Numbered from the stretch's first letter, positions 40,585-50,335 are shown. The stretch: 64,000 bases of DNA from Candidatus Kaiserbacteria bacterium (GCA_028286585.1 JAQBRI010000006.1:16558-80557); one strand, 5' to 3'. The notes: generated from the letters alone by a model not told the origin. Program-made: numbers and translations.

Positions 40585-41022
40585 CTAGGCCTTTTTCTTA
40601 GCGATCTTTTTTGCAACTTTTGCAACTTTCTTGCTAATCTTCTTTGCAGTCGGAACTTTCTTCGCTCCCTTGATGACACTCTTCTGCACTTCTGCAGCAA
40701 TCATGCGCCAGTTGGTCTTAAGTTCCTTGGCAGCACGAGCGAGATCTTTTTTATCGATCGATCGCACCGATTCAAATTTGTCTGCGGCTTCAGTAATGAT
40801 GCCGACCAATGTTTTTTGATCGATATTTTTCATACTGCGCGCTTTTTTAATAACGTCTGTCTTAAAATCAGTCGCCCACTTTTTTACCACCTTCCGGTTT
40901 TTTGCGGCATCCTTACTTGCATAAAAATAGTATCCTGCAGCAACACCTGCTGCTGCAAGTGCTCCAATTTCTGCAAGCGTTTGCATGTTAGTGCCCGACT
41001 TTGATGGTTTGTTTTTTGCCAT
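40585..41022 (-). CDS. Hypothetical protein with N-terminal Ala/Gly TM and Lys-rich tail
   Basis: GALAAAGVAAGYYF; ends AKKISKKVAKVAKKIAKKKA. Confidence 0.7.
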   Translation of the reverse strand: MAKNKPSKSGTNMQTLAEIGALAAAGVAAGYYFYASKDAAKNRKVVKKWATDFKTDVIKKARSMKNIDQKTLVGIITEAADKFESVRSIDKKDLARAAKELKTNWRMIAAEVQKSVIKGAKKVPTAKKISKKVAKVAKKIAKKKA

Positions 41023-41144
41023 AGAGAAATATAATTCTAATAATCGTACCCCGTGCCCCGCCCCGTGACCTATCCTATATAAGTGTAACACAGCGAAATG
41101 GGCATAGGTCCATACCTGGTTAAGACGTTTGAACCCGTGCACTA

Positions 41145-42848
41145 TTACGCCGCATCAGTTGGCTCGAGCGCTGTCGATGTTGTGTCCACTGGAACATCCT
41201 TAAACTTGCGGCGAACAGAATCAATCGTCTCTTGTAATTCACGATTACCCAACAGCCAGAGTACAGCAACAGTAACAACGAGCCCCGCAGTTCCGGCAAG
41301 GAGTCCTTGGATTACAATACTCACCGTAGTACTCGTAGATGCATATGTTCCAATGCGATCGAGTACCAAGTACGCCGCAAAGCCTCCCAGAATCGAACTC
41401 GCAAAACTTTCGAACATAAGCCGTGTAATGCGAGCCTGCGGCACCTGCATGTCGCGCATACAGTATATGTATGCAAATATACATTCAACAATCGAGCCGA
41501 GCGCGTATCCAAGCGCAAGCATCAATACGTCGGTGCCTGGCACATCGCTTACACGAAGCAGAGTTTGCACGAACGTTCGAAATAGCTCGCTGTGATGAAA
41601 TGCCGAAAGAAGTGCAACTGATGAAGCAATAGATACAATAATATCCGCACAACCAAAATAGAGCGGTTTCCGCGTATCTCCTGCAGCGTAGTAGGTGCGT
41701 GCAATCAGCAATATGAGTGACTGAGCCGTAAGCGAGATTACAAAAAGTGCGAGTGCGGCTGCCGTAAGACGCGTTGCACTCCAATCGAACTGCCCGGATC
41801 CTAGAATGACGCGCACGATTTGGGCTCGCAGTACAATAAAGAAAATAGTAGCTGGCACCGACCAAAAGATAATGTGTCTAAGAGCTGCCTCTACAGAATG
41901 TACAAATGCTTCGCGATCCCCTTGTGCAAACAGCTTGGCAAGCGTTGGAAATGCTGCGACCGAATATGACACTCCAATGATAGTAAGCGGCACTGCCTGC
42001 AGGTTGAGCGCGAAAGAAAGCACGGCGATCGAACCGCTAGAAAGGAGCGACGCCAGCGCAATGATAATGAGGAGCGATATCTGGGTAGAGGCAAGCGAGA
42101 GCGTGCGAGGAATCGAAAGTTTAAGCACTTCCCAAACGCCGGAAATGGTACGAGAAAATTCCAGCCGTTCGTTGGGCCATTCGGTAAGAAAAAATGGAAG
42201 CTGAATTGCAAGATGCAGGATCGCGCCAATCACGACGCCCCATGCGAGAGCCGAAATGCCAATATGTTGGTACAAAATCGTTGCACCAAAAATAATACCG
42301 AGGTTATACAAGAGCGGCGATATGGAGTAGAGCACAAATCGGTGGCGCAACTGTGTGAGAGCTGCAATGGTGTTCGAGGCACCCAATAGAATTGGCTGTA
42401 ATAACAAAATACGGGTCAATACGACGAGCTGTGCTTGAAGAGCGGGGTCGGTAATACCGGGTGCCAGATATGGAGTAAGGTATGGAACAAAAATATAAAT
42501 AATGACCGAAATAATACTCATGCCCGCAAAAAATACCGCGAGTACGCCGCGAACAAAGGCGACCATCTTACCCTCACTTTCTGTTTCGATGCGCGAGAGA
42601 ATTGGGAGAAGTGCGTACAAAGAAAATAGCGACGCAACTGTCGCAAAAAGAAAATCCGGCACACGAAATGCCGCATAATATAAATCGAGTGTGTGCCCGA
42701 CACCAAACTGCGCAGCAAACACTCGATCGCGCAACAATGCCAATACTTGTGATGCGAGAGAGAATCCTGCAAGCAAATATGCTGCCTCGTGCATACCGCG
42801 CACTTCTCGAGAAAGGAAACGAAACGGTCTTTTGAAGGCAGAAATCAT
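41145..42848 (-). CDS. murJ: Lipid II flippase MurJ/MviN
   Basis: LALLRDRVFAAQFG, YYAAFRVPD, PLLYNLGII, YYAAGDTRKP. Confidence 0.9.
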   Translation of the reverse strand: MISAFKRPFRFLSREVRGMHEAAYLLAGFSLASQVLALLRDRVFAAQFGVGHTLDLYYAAFRVPDFLFATVASLFSLYALLPILSRIETESEGKMVAFVRGVLAVFFAGMSIISVIIYIFVPYLTPYLAPGITDPALQAQLVVLTRILLLQPILLGASNTIAALTQLRHRFVLYSISPLLYNLGIIFGATILYQHIGISALAWGVVIGAILHLAIQLPFFLTEWPNERLEFSRTISGVWEVLKLSIPRTLSLASTQISLLIIIALASLLSSGSIAVLSFALNLQAVPLTIIGVSYSVAAFPTLAKLFAQGDREAFVHSVEAALRHIIFWSVPATIFFIVLRAQIVRVILGSGQFDWSATRLTAAALALFVISLTAQSLILLIARTYYAAGDTRKPLYFGCADIIVSIASSVALLSAFHHSELFRTFVQTLLRVSDVPGTDVLMLALGYALGSIVECIFAYIYCMRDMQVPQARITRLMFESFASSILGGFAAYLVLDRIGTYASTSTTVSIVIQGLLAGTAGLVVTVAVLWLLGNRELQETIDSVRRKFKDVPVDTTSTALEPTDAA

Positions 42849-43032
42849 TGTTCTTACTGTAACACAAGGAAGATAAATTTGTGAAAACCACCATACTCCA
42901 TGATTTATATTCCTTCCGAGACCGGTATATCTAGGGTCGAAAAACCTCAATCCTCGACCGTCGTCTGCGGGGTCTCTCTAGGAATACAAATCATTCCGCA
43001 TATCTGCAACATAACTCGCAAATGAATAAAAT

Positions 43033-43062
43033 AGAAAAAGGATCCTTCGGGGATCCTTTTTC
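43033..43062. terminator. Bidirectional terminator
   Basis: AAAAAGGATCC-TTCGG-GGATCCTTTTT. Confidence 0.75.
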
Positions 43063-43112
43063 CATAATGCTGCGTCTATAATCGGAGTACCTCATAGTGG
43101 CTTTGCTCATGC

Positions 43113-43142
43113 GAAAAAAGAGCAGGAGTTACCTGCTCTTTC
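43113..43142 (-). terminator. rnpB terminator
   Basis: AAAGAGCAGG/CCTGCTCTTT. Confidence 0.75.
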
Positions 43143-43152
43143 TTCTTATTTC

Positions 43153-43474
43153 GCTGCGCCTATAAGCCGGGTTCTGTGCATGCAGATTCAAAATCTGCAC
43201 CGATGATCATATATCTGCGATGTGTGTTGCCACACACCTGTAGCGGCTCTCCGCGTCGAGCGCGGCACGGCCTTGCACGCGAGTAGGAATTTTGCCGTTT
43301 CACTCTTACCTTTCGATAAGCCTCACCCCAAAGGGTGCCTAGCCTCTCGGCATTGGCGTCTCTGCTCGCATCCCTATCCTTACGGATGATGGGCGTTACC
43401 CACTACTTGTTACCTATGATGGCTACGTGCCCGGACTTTCCTCTATCAATAATGACAGCGACCATCCAACGCAG
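43153..43474 (-). ncRNA. rnpB: RNase P RNA
   Basis: GAGGAAAGTCCGGGC and ACAGAACCCGGCTTA universal motifs; P1 CTGCGTT/GGCGCAG; promoter TTCACA-17-TATAAT at 43481-43509. Confidence 0.95.
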
Positions 43475-43630
43475 AATTGTATTATACAACACAATATCTA
43501 TTTTGTGAAATTTATGATTGACTCGAAGTCCATTTGCGAGTACCCTCTTACGTGGCGCAAGCCGGGTTGAGCAAGAGTTGAGCAAGAGCTAGCTCTTGAA
43601 CTCAACTTACCTCGCATCTGGAGTGATACT

Positions 43631-43822
43631 ATGCGAGCAACTACGATAGTGCTGGTTATCGCGGGCTTCTTGGCCGCGATGACTGGTGGTGCTCTGGCGG
43701 GCACCACCAAGGCGACGACACACGCGCAGGTTACGCAAACCAAGGCCACGAAAGTGGCTGCGGTAAGCACACCCGCACCGCGTGCTGTACTTCTCTGCCC
43801 AAGGACGGGCCGTCCTCTCTAA
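43631..43822 (+). CDS. Small secreted protein
   Basis: Signal peptide ending ALA, T/K-rich mature part; GGAGTGA upstream; hairpin at 43898-43928. Confidence 0.55.
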   Translation: MRATTIVLVIAGFLAAMTGGALAGTTKATTHAQVTQTKATKVAAVSTPAPRAVLLCPRTGRPL

Positions 43823-43964
43823 GAAGAGAGTAACTAACGGTTCTACATGGACAGAGTCGTTCATCGATAAGATGTCGCTTCGCTGAGGTGCATCGGGCGA
43901 GTCGGGAGGAGCAATCCCCCCGACTCGCTTCCCCGGCTTCGTAAGGATAATCGAGTATTTTGAG

Positions 43965-43973
43965 TTATCCACA
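43965..43973 (+). promoter_or_regulatory. DnaA box
   Basis: Exact TTATCCACA just upstream of a promoter. Confidence 0.45.
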
Positions 43974-44023
43974 GTTCTTTAGTCACTATTGACTTGCTGA
44001 ATTATATAGTCTATGATTTAGAA

Positions 44024-44137
44024 AGGATAAGCGCCCGCCAGCCTTGTCCTATAGCTCAAGCCTAAGGTTTGCGCCTCGGGCCTCAGAATATTTCGGGCGA
44101 CGCGTTGGATCACTACCTCGCGTCGCCCACTTTTTTT
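44024..44137 (+). ncRNA. Candidate small structured RNA
   Basis: TTGACT-17-TATGAT promoter (43989-44017), three hairpins, 10-bp GC terminator plus T7, no plausible ORF. Confidence 0.55.
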
Positions 44138-44170
44138 ATATTTTTAGAGTTTGTTTATTGCTTTTATACT

Positions 44171-44205
44171 TAGCAAAAATCGCCACGTTACGTGGCGATT
44201 TTGCT
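44171..44205. terminator. nrdJ terminator (bidirectional)
   Basis: AGCAAAAATCGCCACG/CGTGGCGATTTTTGCT. Confidence 0.8.
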
Positions 44206-44224
44206 TATAAAACGTTTATGAGTC

Positions 44225-46609
44225 TTAGATAACTTCACAGGTTCCTCCGGCACATGCAAGTTCACGCTTTTGTTCGGTTTCGTCTGTTCGCTCATAAATA
44301 ACAAGCTTTGAGAAGTCGATTTTTGGAATGTTTGCGAGCATGCGGTCATAGGTTTTTTTGTCGATTTCTTCGTATGGCGCGAGGCGATATACGTGATTTG
44401 ATCGTGGCAAGAAAGAGAGTCCGCCGATGATTTCCCAATGTTTCTGGACCCAGGCAACGACATCAATCCATTCATCTTCGCCAATAGAAATAGTTGCCGA
44501 AGGATTGTGTTCAGTAAAGTTTTCCTTGAGCATCCTCCAGTATTCGAGCTGTTCGATTGCAGAGATATCGTTTTTGAATATCGATCCGCTCGGTGCAGCA
44601 ACAGGAAATTCGAGAACGTAGGTGTTTGCGCTATCAAACGTCTGCCCTACTTCTGGATGATGCGGTACTCCCTGATCTCGCATCATTTTGTACAACGAGT
44701 CGGTTGCAGAGATGCGAACACGTCGGATGTAATACTTTGAGTTGCGAGGGTGCATACCGGATGAGCAGTCGAATGTCTGAGAAACGGTTCCGGATGGTTT
44801 AACACAGGTAACGGCACTTGATTGCGGCACTCCAAATCGCTTTGCATACTGCGCATTGGTCTTAACAGAAAGGTCTCGCATCTTGCGCATCGTTGCTGCG
44901 TTTCGCACTGCAGGAGAATCCCATTGGCCAGTAATTGAGACGCCTAGCAAACGCTCATCGTTACAGTTGTCGGTCCACTCCTTTGAGATAAAACTAAACT
45001 TTGTGAGTGTTGACTGGTAGGTTCCGAGAATTGTTGCGAGGCGAATCTTGCGCAAGAGAGACTTTTCGGTGTCGCCTGCTCGAGCGATTACTTCTGAGAG
45101 ATTACAAAACTGTTTTGACTGCAAAATGATCTCACCGCACGGATTACAACCGAGCTGTCCGAGCTTGCCCTTGCCATATTTTTTCTCAAGATATGAAATG
45201 CGGCGCTTTGGAAGAGTTGTTGCAAGCGATCCTCGGTTAAAGATACCTCGCTCTCCTGTACCACTCTTCATAAGAGCTACCCATTCATCCATGAGTTCGG
45301 TGTTTGATGGCTTTTGCTCGTACACGGCAGAGTTGTTGGCAACAGCGCGGTGTCCGTCTGTAAGATAAAATTGTCCTTTCTTTGAATCACGAACTTCGAC
45401 ATCATCAAGATCAGAAAGACTGATCATTGCGGTGCGGCGCACTCCGCCAGCTACAACACACTCACCAATCTTACAAATAATGTCGTGGGCATCGATGTTG
45501 CGAAGACGTCGTCCCTGACGAGTAAGAATACGCTCACGAGCAAACGCCAAAAGGTTTCGCAACGGATCAGGACCTGATGCCTTGCCTCCCATTGTCTTAA
45601 GACGAGCTCCCGCAGGACGTATCAATGAAAAATCAAAATCAACATCGTCACCGCCGTACCAGGTCTTTAATCCATGTGTAAGCGCTTCACACCAGCCTTC
45701 TTTTGAGTCCCCTACAACATGAACTGGGAGCTTCTTTCCTGACTGTTTTTGAATCTGAGGAAGTTGTTGAATGTTTTGTGATTCGACTGCATATCCGACA
45801 CCACAACCCATCATCGAAAGGTACATAATTTCTGCAAAATCTTCGAGTTTGATTGGCGCGGTAAACGTACAGTTATACAAACATGAGTTGCACTTGCGAG
45901 CAGCCGGGCCCGAAAACTGCATCGCACGCATACTAGGCATGACTTCTTGTTTGAGGATCGCAGTTTGTACTTCTTTGTATTCTTTGTCTGTGAGCTTGGT
46001 GCCGAGATTTTCACGCATAAAATCCACGTAACGCTGTACCGTCTCTACCCATGTCTCGCGGCGCTGTTCGGATTCGATCCACTTGGCATAGCTTCGAGTG
46101 TACACAAATTCGCCCAATTGGTTGCCAGAAAAATATTCGGCACTTTCTGCAGCAAGCTTACGGACGTGCTCTGGCACTTCACCCTGCTCTTCTCGAACTC
46201 GAGATCGGTTAGCGCGGTACAAAATGTATGCCTTGGCAGTCGTTACATAGTCGGCAAGCATGAGCTGACGCTCAACCTCATCCTGACATCCTTCCACTGT
46301 AGGCAAAAAGCCCTTGTACGTCTTTGCAATACGCATCAACTCAGATGAGACCTTGTGTGCAACGAGTTCAGCCTCGGTGACTGATCCTTCGTTACTCACG
46401 AGCATCGCTTTGTGTATTGCCCGTGCTACTTTTTCAAAATCAAAAGCCAATACGCGGCCATCGCGTTTTTGGATTTGGGGAACATATTTTTGATAAATGC
46501 GTATTGAAGAACGATCAACCGACGGAATTATTGCCGGTGTCTTACGCCCCCCCCTTTCTGTTACAGTGGTACTTGTCATGCGCGTCACGTTAGCGGTTAA
46601 TATGTTCAT
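44225..46609 (-). CDS. nrdJ: Class II (adenosylcobalamin-dependent) ribonucleotide reductase with N-terminal ATP cone
   Basis: IQKRDG ATP cone; MPSMR, YNC, GCGVG, GGVRR, NPCGE, CNLSE, KPSGT, C-terminal CAGGTC; no nrdB nearby. Confidence 0.9.
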   Translation of the reverse strand: MNILTANVTRMTSTTVTERGGRKTPAIIPSVDRSSIRIYQKYVPQIQKRDGRVLAFDFEKVARAIHKAMLVSNEGSVTEAELVAHKVSSELMRIAKTYKGFLPTVEGCQDEVERQLMLADYVTTAKAYILYRANRSRVREEQGEVPEHVRKLAAESAEYFSGNQLGEFVYTRSYAKWIESEQRRETWVETVQRYVDFMRENLGTKLTDKEYKEVQTAILKQEVMPSMRAMQFSGPAARKCNSCLYNCTFTAPIKLEDFAEIMYLSMMGCGVGYAVESQNIQQLPQIQKQSGKKLPVHVVGDSKEGWCEALTHGLKTWYGGDDVDFDFSLIRPAGARLKTMGGKASGPDPLRNLLAFARERILTRQGRRLRNIDAHDIICKIGECVVAGGVRRTAMISLSDLDDVEVRDSKKGQFYLTDGHRAVANNSAVYEQKPSNTELMDEWVALMKSGTGERGIFNRGSLATTLPKRRISYLEKKYGKGKLGQLGCNPCGEIILQSKQFCNLSEVIARAGDTEKSLLRKIRLATILGTYQSTLTKFSFISKEWTDNCNDERLLGVSITGQWDSPAVRNAATMRKMRDLSVKTNAQYAKRFGVPQSSAVTCVKPSGTVSQTFDCSSGMHPRNSKYYIRRVRISATDSLYKMMRDQGVPHHPEVGQTFDSANTYVLEFPVAAPSGSIFKNDISAIEQLEYWRMLKENFTEHNPSATISIGEDEWIDVVAWVQKHWEIIGGLSFLPRSNHVYRLAPYEEIDKKTYDRMLANIPKIDFSKLVIYERTDETEQKRELACAGGTCEVI

Positions 46610-46711
46610 TGTACTCCTCTCTCGCCTCGATGAAAGAGGTTAAAACCTGTGGATAGCAGATTACAAATCGCAAACACAAAAATGCAATATCACCGGTCGC
46701 TATACTCGGCG

Positions 46712-47194
46712 CTAAAATGAGAACTGGTCACCTATTTTTATCGAATGTGCAACTGTGTATCCTGCAGGAAGTTCCAAAACGTATCTCGAAGGAGCACTTG
46801 GTCCAAAAGTCGCTGGATATGTCTCGGGCGCGATGCTTTGCACCATGTATATCACCCGCTTATCACTTGAGAGCCATACAATATCAATGGAAAACTGCAT
46901 ATCTTTCATCCAAAATCCATATGTATCATCGTGCCCAAAGACGAAGAGCATTCCCTCTCCATTTGGAAGACCTGACCGGCCTCCTAACCCAAGAGACTGA
47001 AGCTCGGGTGTGTCGGCAACAAGCGCATGCACGACTGTTGCGTCCGAAAGTGTAATGTTTTGGGTTTTATAGACAGAATCCCGCAATAGCGTTGTTTTTG
47101 GAGCATGAATCCAAGCGCTGTAGAGCGCATAAAATCCAATAGCCGCAATAAAGGCAAAAAGTACAATAGCGACACCTTTCTTGTTTCTGCTCAT
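46712..47194 (-). CDS. DUF192 family protein
   Basis: GMLFVF, FWMKDM, YVLELPAG. Confidence 0.88.
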   Translation of the reverse strand: MSRNKKGVAIVLFAFIAAIGFYALYSAWIHAPKTTLLRDSVYKTQNITLSDATVVHALVADTPELQSLGLGGRSGLPNGEGMLFVFGHDDTYGFWMKDMQFSIDIVWLSSDKRVIYMVQSIAPETYPATFGPSAPSRYVLELPAGYTVAHSIKIGDQFSF

Positions 47195-47248
47195 GTTGTT
47201 TTGTAATGCGGGCGCTATGATTCGACAATAAGGATTATGGCTGCTTGT

Positions 47249-47626
47249 TTACTTTTTTGCGGGAGGAGTAGTCGAAGCTTGTCCGGTAATTGGTCCGACG
47301 TTTACGATAACATCTCTGCCTGGACTATAAATAATCGCTTTTCCAGCCTGAGAGAATACCAGGAGCTCGTCGCCCACCTGGGCGTCCGCAAAAAATACTT
47401 GCTGCTTTGCAAGTGTTGCAGGGTCTTTAATTTCATAGACCTCTGGAGTTTCATTACTAGGCAACAACATATGCTTTGAAACCGAAGCAATGAGCATGCG
47501 GCTTTGTTCCTCGAGCTTTTGTTCTGGAGTTTGTGAGAAATGCTTGTATATAAAATATCCTCCAACTAGTACGACCAAGAGCACAATTACGCCAATAATG
47601 ATTTTATTCGTTTGGTTCATATTCAT
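47249..47626 (-). CDS. Hypothetical membrane-anchored protein
   Basis: N-terminal TM, LPSNETP, FFADAQVGD, AIIYSP. Confidence 0.7.
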   Translation of the reverse strand: MNMNQTNKIIIGVIVLLVVLVGGYFIYKHFSQTPEQKLEEQSRMLIASVSKHMLLPSNETPEVYEIKDPATLAKQQVFFADAQVGDELLVFSQAGKAIIYSPGRDVIVNVGPITGQASTTPPAKK

Positions 47627-47681
47627 GGTGCTATTGTACCAGATAAAAGAGCACTAGGTCGAGTAGCAGAGTATAAAATAC

Positions 47682-47704
47682 ATGGAGGGCCGTTGGCCCT
47701 CCAT
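47682..47704 (-). terminator. Intrinsic terminator
   Basis: ATGGAGGGCC/GGCCCTCCAT. Confidence 0.65.
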
Positions 47705-47734
47705 TTCATGTCCCTTATATGAATTCACGATCGT

Positions 47735-48289
47735 TTAATTACTCTTCTGTGGAGATAGGGCCTGTAATAATCGTGCCTCTGTTGCAATGAGCCCCTTATC
47801 GCCCTTGCCGTAACGAACCAGTAGACTGTCGCCAGGCTTGGGTGCCAACAATCCAGCTTTCCGCACCAATTCCATATGAAGGAAAATATCCTCAGTTCCT
47901 TCACCTCGGGTCACAAATCCGAACCCTCGAACTTGATTGAACCATTTGACGACCACGATCTCTAATCCGGATAGAGCTTTAACATCTGTGGCATTGACGC
48001 ACCCCGACGTCGCCGGCGTCAGAGTTGCAGTTGACTCGTCAACAGAAATAATACGATCTACGCGTACACCCTTCGATCTCTGCTCTGGCGTGAATAGTAT
48101 TGTGGCACCTTCTGGGACAGACTCACAACCAAACGCTTGACACGTCGAAACATGAAGGAGTACGTCAGAACCATCGTCGTCAGGGATTATGAATCCAAAT
48201 CCCTTATTTATGTCAAACCACTTGACTCTACCTCGAACCTCTTCAGAAACTTGTCTTTCGGCGACGGTACGCGATATCAGAGCACTCAT
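47735..48289 (-). CDS. Tandem (two-domain) cold-shock protein
   Basis: GRVKWFD..KGFGFI and VKWFN..RGFGFV; AGGAGG SD before MSAL; TTGACA-16-TACCAT. Confidence 0.88.
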   Translation of the reverse strand: MSALISRTVAERQVSEEVRGRVKWFDINKGFGFIIPDDDGSDVLLHVSTCQAFGCESVPEGATILFTPEQRSKGVRVDRIISVDESTATLTPATSGCVNATDVKALSGLEIVVVKWFNQVRGFGFVTRGEGTEDIFLHMELVRKAGLLAPKPGDSLLVRYGKGDKGLIATEARLLQALSPQKSN

Positions 48290-48420
48290 GACCAGCCTCC
48301 TACACTCAGCTCGAGCAGTATCGAGCATCATCATGGTACGACTCAGAATTTTCTTGTCAAATTGAAGTCTAGTTCAACGCAAGTTGAAGCAAAAATGGCA
48401 AGAATAATATGATTACTCAA

Positions 48421-49725
48421 TTATTCCACTGCTTCGATAGAGGCGCCGAGTTTTTGGAGGCGTTCATGGAGGTTTTCATACCCACGGTTGATTGGATACA
48501 CGTTGCGCAAAGTCGATTCCCCTTCTCCGGCTAGCATTCCAATAAGTAAAATAGTCGCAGGACGAAGCGCCGGAGGCGCGACGACATCAGCGCCGTGCAA
48601 CGGGGTTGGACCTGTCACAAAGACGCGGTGCGGATCGGCAAGCACCATGTCGGCACCTAGTTTGGTCATTTCCATATAGTGAAGGGCGCGACCGTCATAG
48701 ACCCAGTCATGGATAAGCGTGCGGCCTGTTGCCCGCGTTGCGACAGGAACAAAAAACGGCAGGTTGTCTATGTTGATACCTGGGTATGGTCGTGCATGAA
48801 TTTTGTCAGGTGGCGCGATAAGAGTCGCACCCGATTGAATAGTAATGTCAACAAGTCGGGTGTGCTTATTTTCGGCCAAATAGACTTCTCCTCGTGTATG
48901 CTTGAGGCCCATTTGATTGAGTGTATAGAGCTCAAGCTCGAGAAAATCTATTGGGCAGCGGGTAATGGTGAGTTCGGAATCGGTAGTGGCAGCCAAAGAT
49001 ATAAAAAACATTGATTCGATAGGATCTTCTGTGGGAATTGCGATCGCATCCATGTTGATTTCTTTTATACCGTGTACCACAAGTGTGCTCGTGCCTATAC
49101 CCTCTACTCTAACCCCTAGACCCTCTAAAAACACACACAAATCCTGCACCATATAATTGCTGCTTGCGAATTTGATCGTTGTAACTCCAGGAATAAGCGC
49201 TGCTGCCATGAGTACGTTTTCGACTCCAGTGTCTGACGCTTCGTACATGATAACTTCGCCAGGCGCAACATTATGCGTTGTAACCTTATATGCCGTACCG
49301 TCTTCGTTTGGACCTATATGTATGCCCAGTCGTGCAAGTGCCTCGACATGCGCACCAAGCGTTCTTTTACCCAAATCACACCCACCCGGCGCTGGTAATT
49401 CAAAGCTGCCCAAGTGATGGGCAAGAGCCGGAATAAACATAGCAATCGAGCGTGTACGCTCTGCCGATTCTCTATTGATACTCTCGAGAGTAAATGTGCT
49501 TGGAGGTGTGATAACAATGTCTTCACCCTGCCAATCAACTTGTACACCAATTGATTGCAGCACCTCTATTAAGCGTTTTGCTTCTTCGATATGAGGAGCA
49601 CGGCGTATCGTAGTCGTTCCCTTATTTAAAAGCGATGCCGCCAAAAGCGCCACCGTTGCATTCTTTGAGATGTTTGTCTGAACCGTACCTGACAATTTCT
49701 TGCCTCCAATAACGTGATAGTTCAT
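48421..49725 (-). CDS. murA: UDP-N-acetylglucosamine 1-carboxyvinyltransferase
   Basis: SKNA, PGGCDLGKR, PYPG, INRGYE. Confidence 0.92.
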   Translation of the reverse strand: MNYHVIGGKKLSGTVQTNISKNATVALLAASLLNKGTTTIRRAPHIEEAKRLIEVLQSIGVQVDWQGEDIVITPPSTFTLESINRESAERTRSIAMFIPALAHHLGSFELPAPGGCDLGKRTLGAHVEALARLGIHIGPNEDGTAYKVTTHNVAPGEVIMYEASDTGVENVLMAAALIPGVTTIKFASSNYMVQDLCVFLEGLGVRVEGIGTSTLVVHGIKEINMDAIAIPTEDPIESMFFISLAATTDSELTITRCPIDFLELELYTLNQMGLKHTRGEVYLAENKHTRLVDITIQSGATLIAPPDKIHARPYPGINIDNLPFFVPVATRATGRTLIHDWVYDGRALHYMEMTKLGADMVLADPHRVFVTGPTPLHGADVVAPPALRPATILLIGMLAGEGESTLRNVYPINRGYENLHERLQKLGASIEAVE

Positions 49726-49856
49726 AAATGGAAATTGTAGCACAACCCTGGGTTTACACTGAGCGAGTGTACCCACGAGTCAAATGTGTGCGGCAGCTCA
49801 TGAGTACATGACTGCACTTCCTTTTTTATGGGACCGAGTACGGTCAATAAAAAATG

Positions 49857-49929
49857 TGCGCGCACTTGGATTCGAACCAAGGACCTTTCGAGTATCAGTC
49901 GAGCGCTCTACCAACTGAGCTATGCGCGC
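49857..49929 (-). tRNA. tRNA-Ile (GAT)
   Basis: GCGCGCA-TAGCTCAGTTGGTAGAGC...CT-GAT-AC...CTTGG-TTCGAAT-CCAAG-TGCGCGC-A; CCA not encoded. Confidence 0.92.
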
Positions 49930-50055
49930 ATTCAGAAACCTACTGCTTGTTGTTCACAAGTAGTGAGATACTAGCAAAAAAATCACAACTTTGCTACTAT
50001 TTCAACCAGCGTGCGGATTAGATCATTTTTCAACCTCGCACGCATGGAGGAATGC

Positions 50056-50220
50056 ATGCAAAAGGGTAACAATAAGGTTGCAACAACATCCACCCAGAAG
50101 AGCAACTGCGTCAAGTCTGGCGCACGCCGTGAGCGGCGCAAAGAAGAGCGTGAGCGCCGCGTGGCCAACCTCAGCCACCCCCGACCCGAGACCTACGTAC
50201 ATTCTGGGAGTCAGCAATAG
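50056..50220 (+). CDS. 54-aa Arg/Glu-rich small protein
   Basis: GGAGG upstream; RRERRKEERERR; lies between tRNA-Ile and the 16S terminator on the opposite strand. Confidence 0.45.
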   Translation: MQKGNNKVATTSTQKSNCVKSGARRERRKEERERRVANLSHPRPETYVHSGSQQ

Positions 50221-50291
50221 CAAGTTCTAATCTCGAACGAGATCACGGCGCGATCCGAGTTAGGGTCGCGCTTTTCATATATATTTTCCAA

Positions 50292-50335
50292 CACAAAAAG
50301 CCCTTACCATAAATACTGTGGTAGGGCGATTTTGT
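50292..50335. terminator. Terminator downstream of 16S
   Basis: ACAAAA-GCCCT-TACCAT/GTGGTA-GGGC-TTTTGT imperfect stem. Confidence 0.6.

Noticed and set aside
43403-43972. Minus-strand ORFs over rnpB and the small secreted ORF
   Set aside because: They overlap rnpB or are antisense to a better-supported ORF
43960-44020. Replication origin
   Set aside because: Only one perfect DnaA box, no dnaA, and no change in gene orientation
49748-49846. Small hairpins between tRNA-Ile and murA, two with a UACU loop on the minus strand
   Set aside because: Short stems, no promoter or known motif; probably tRNA trailer structure
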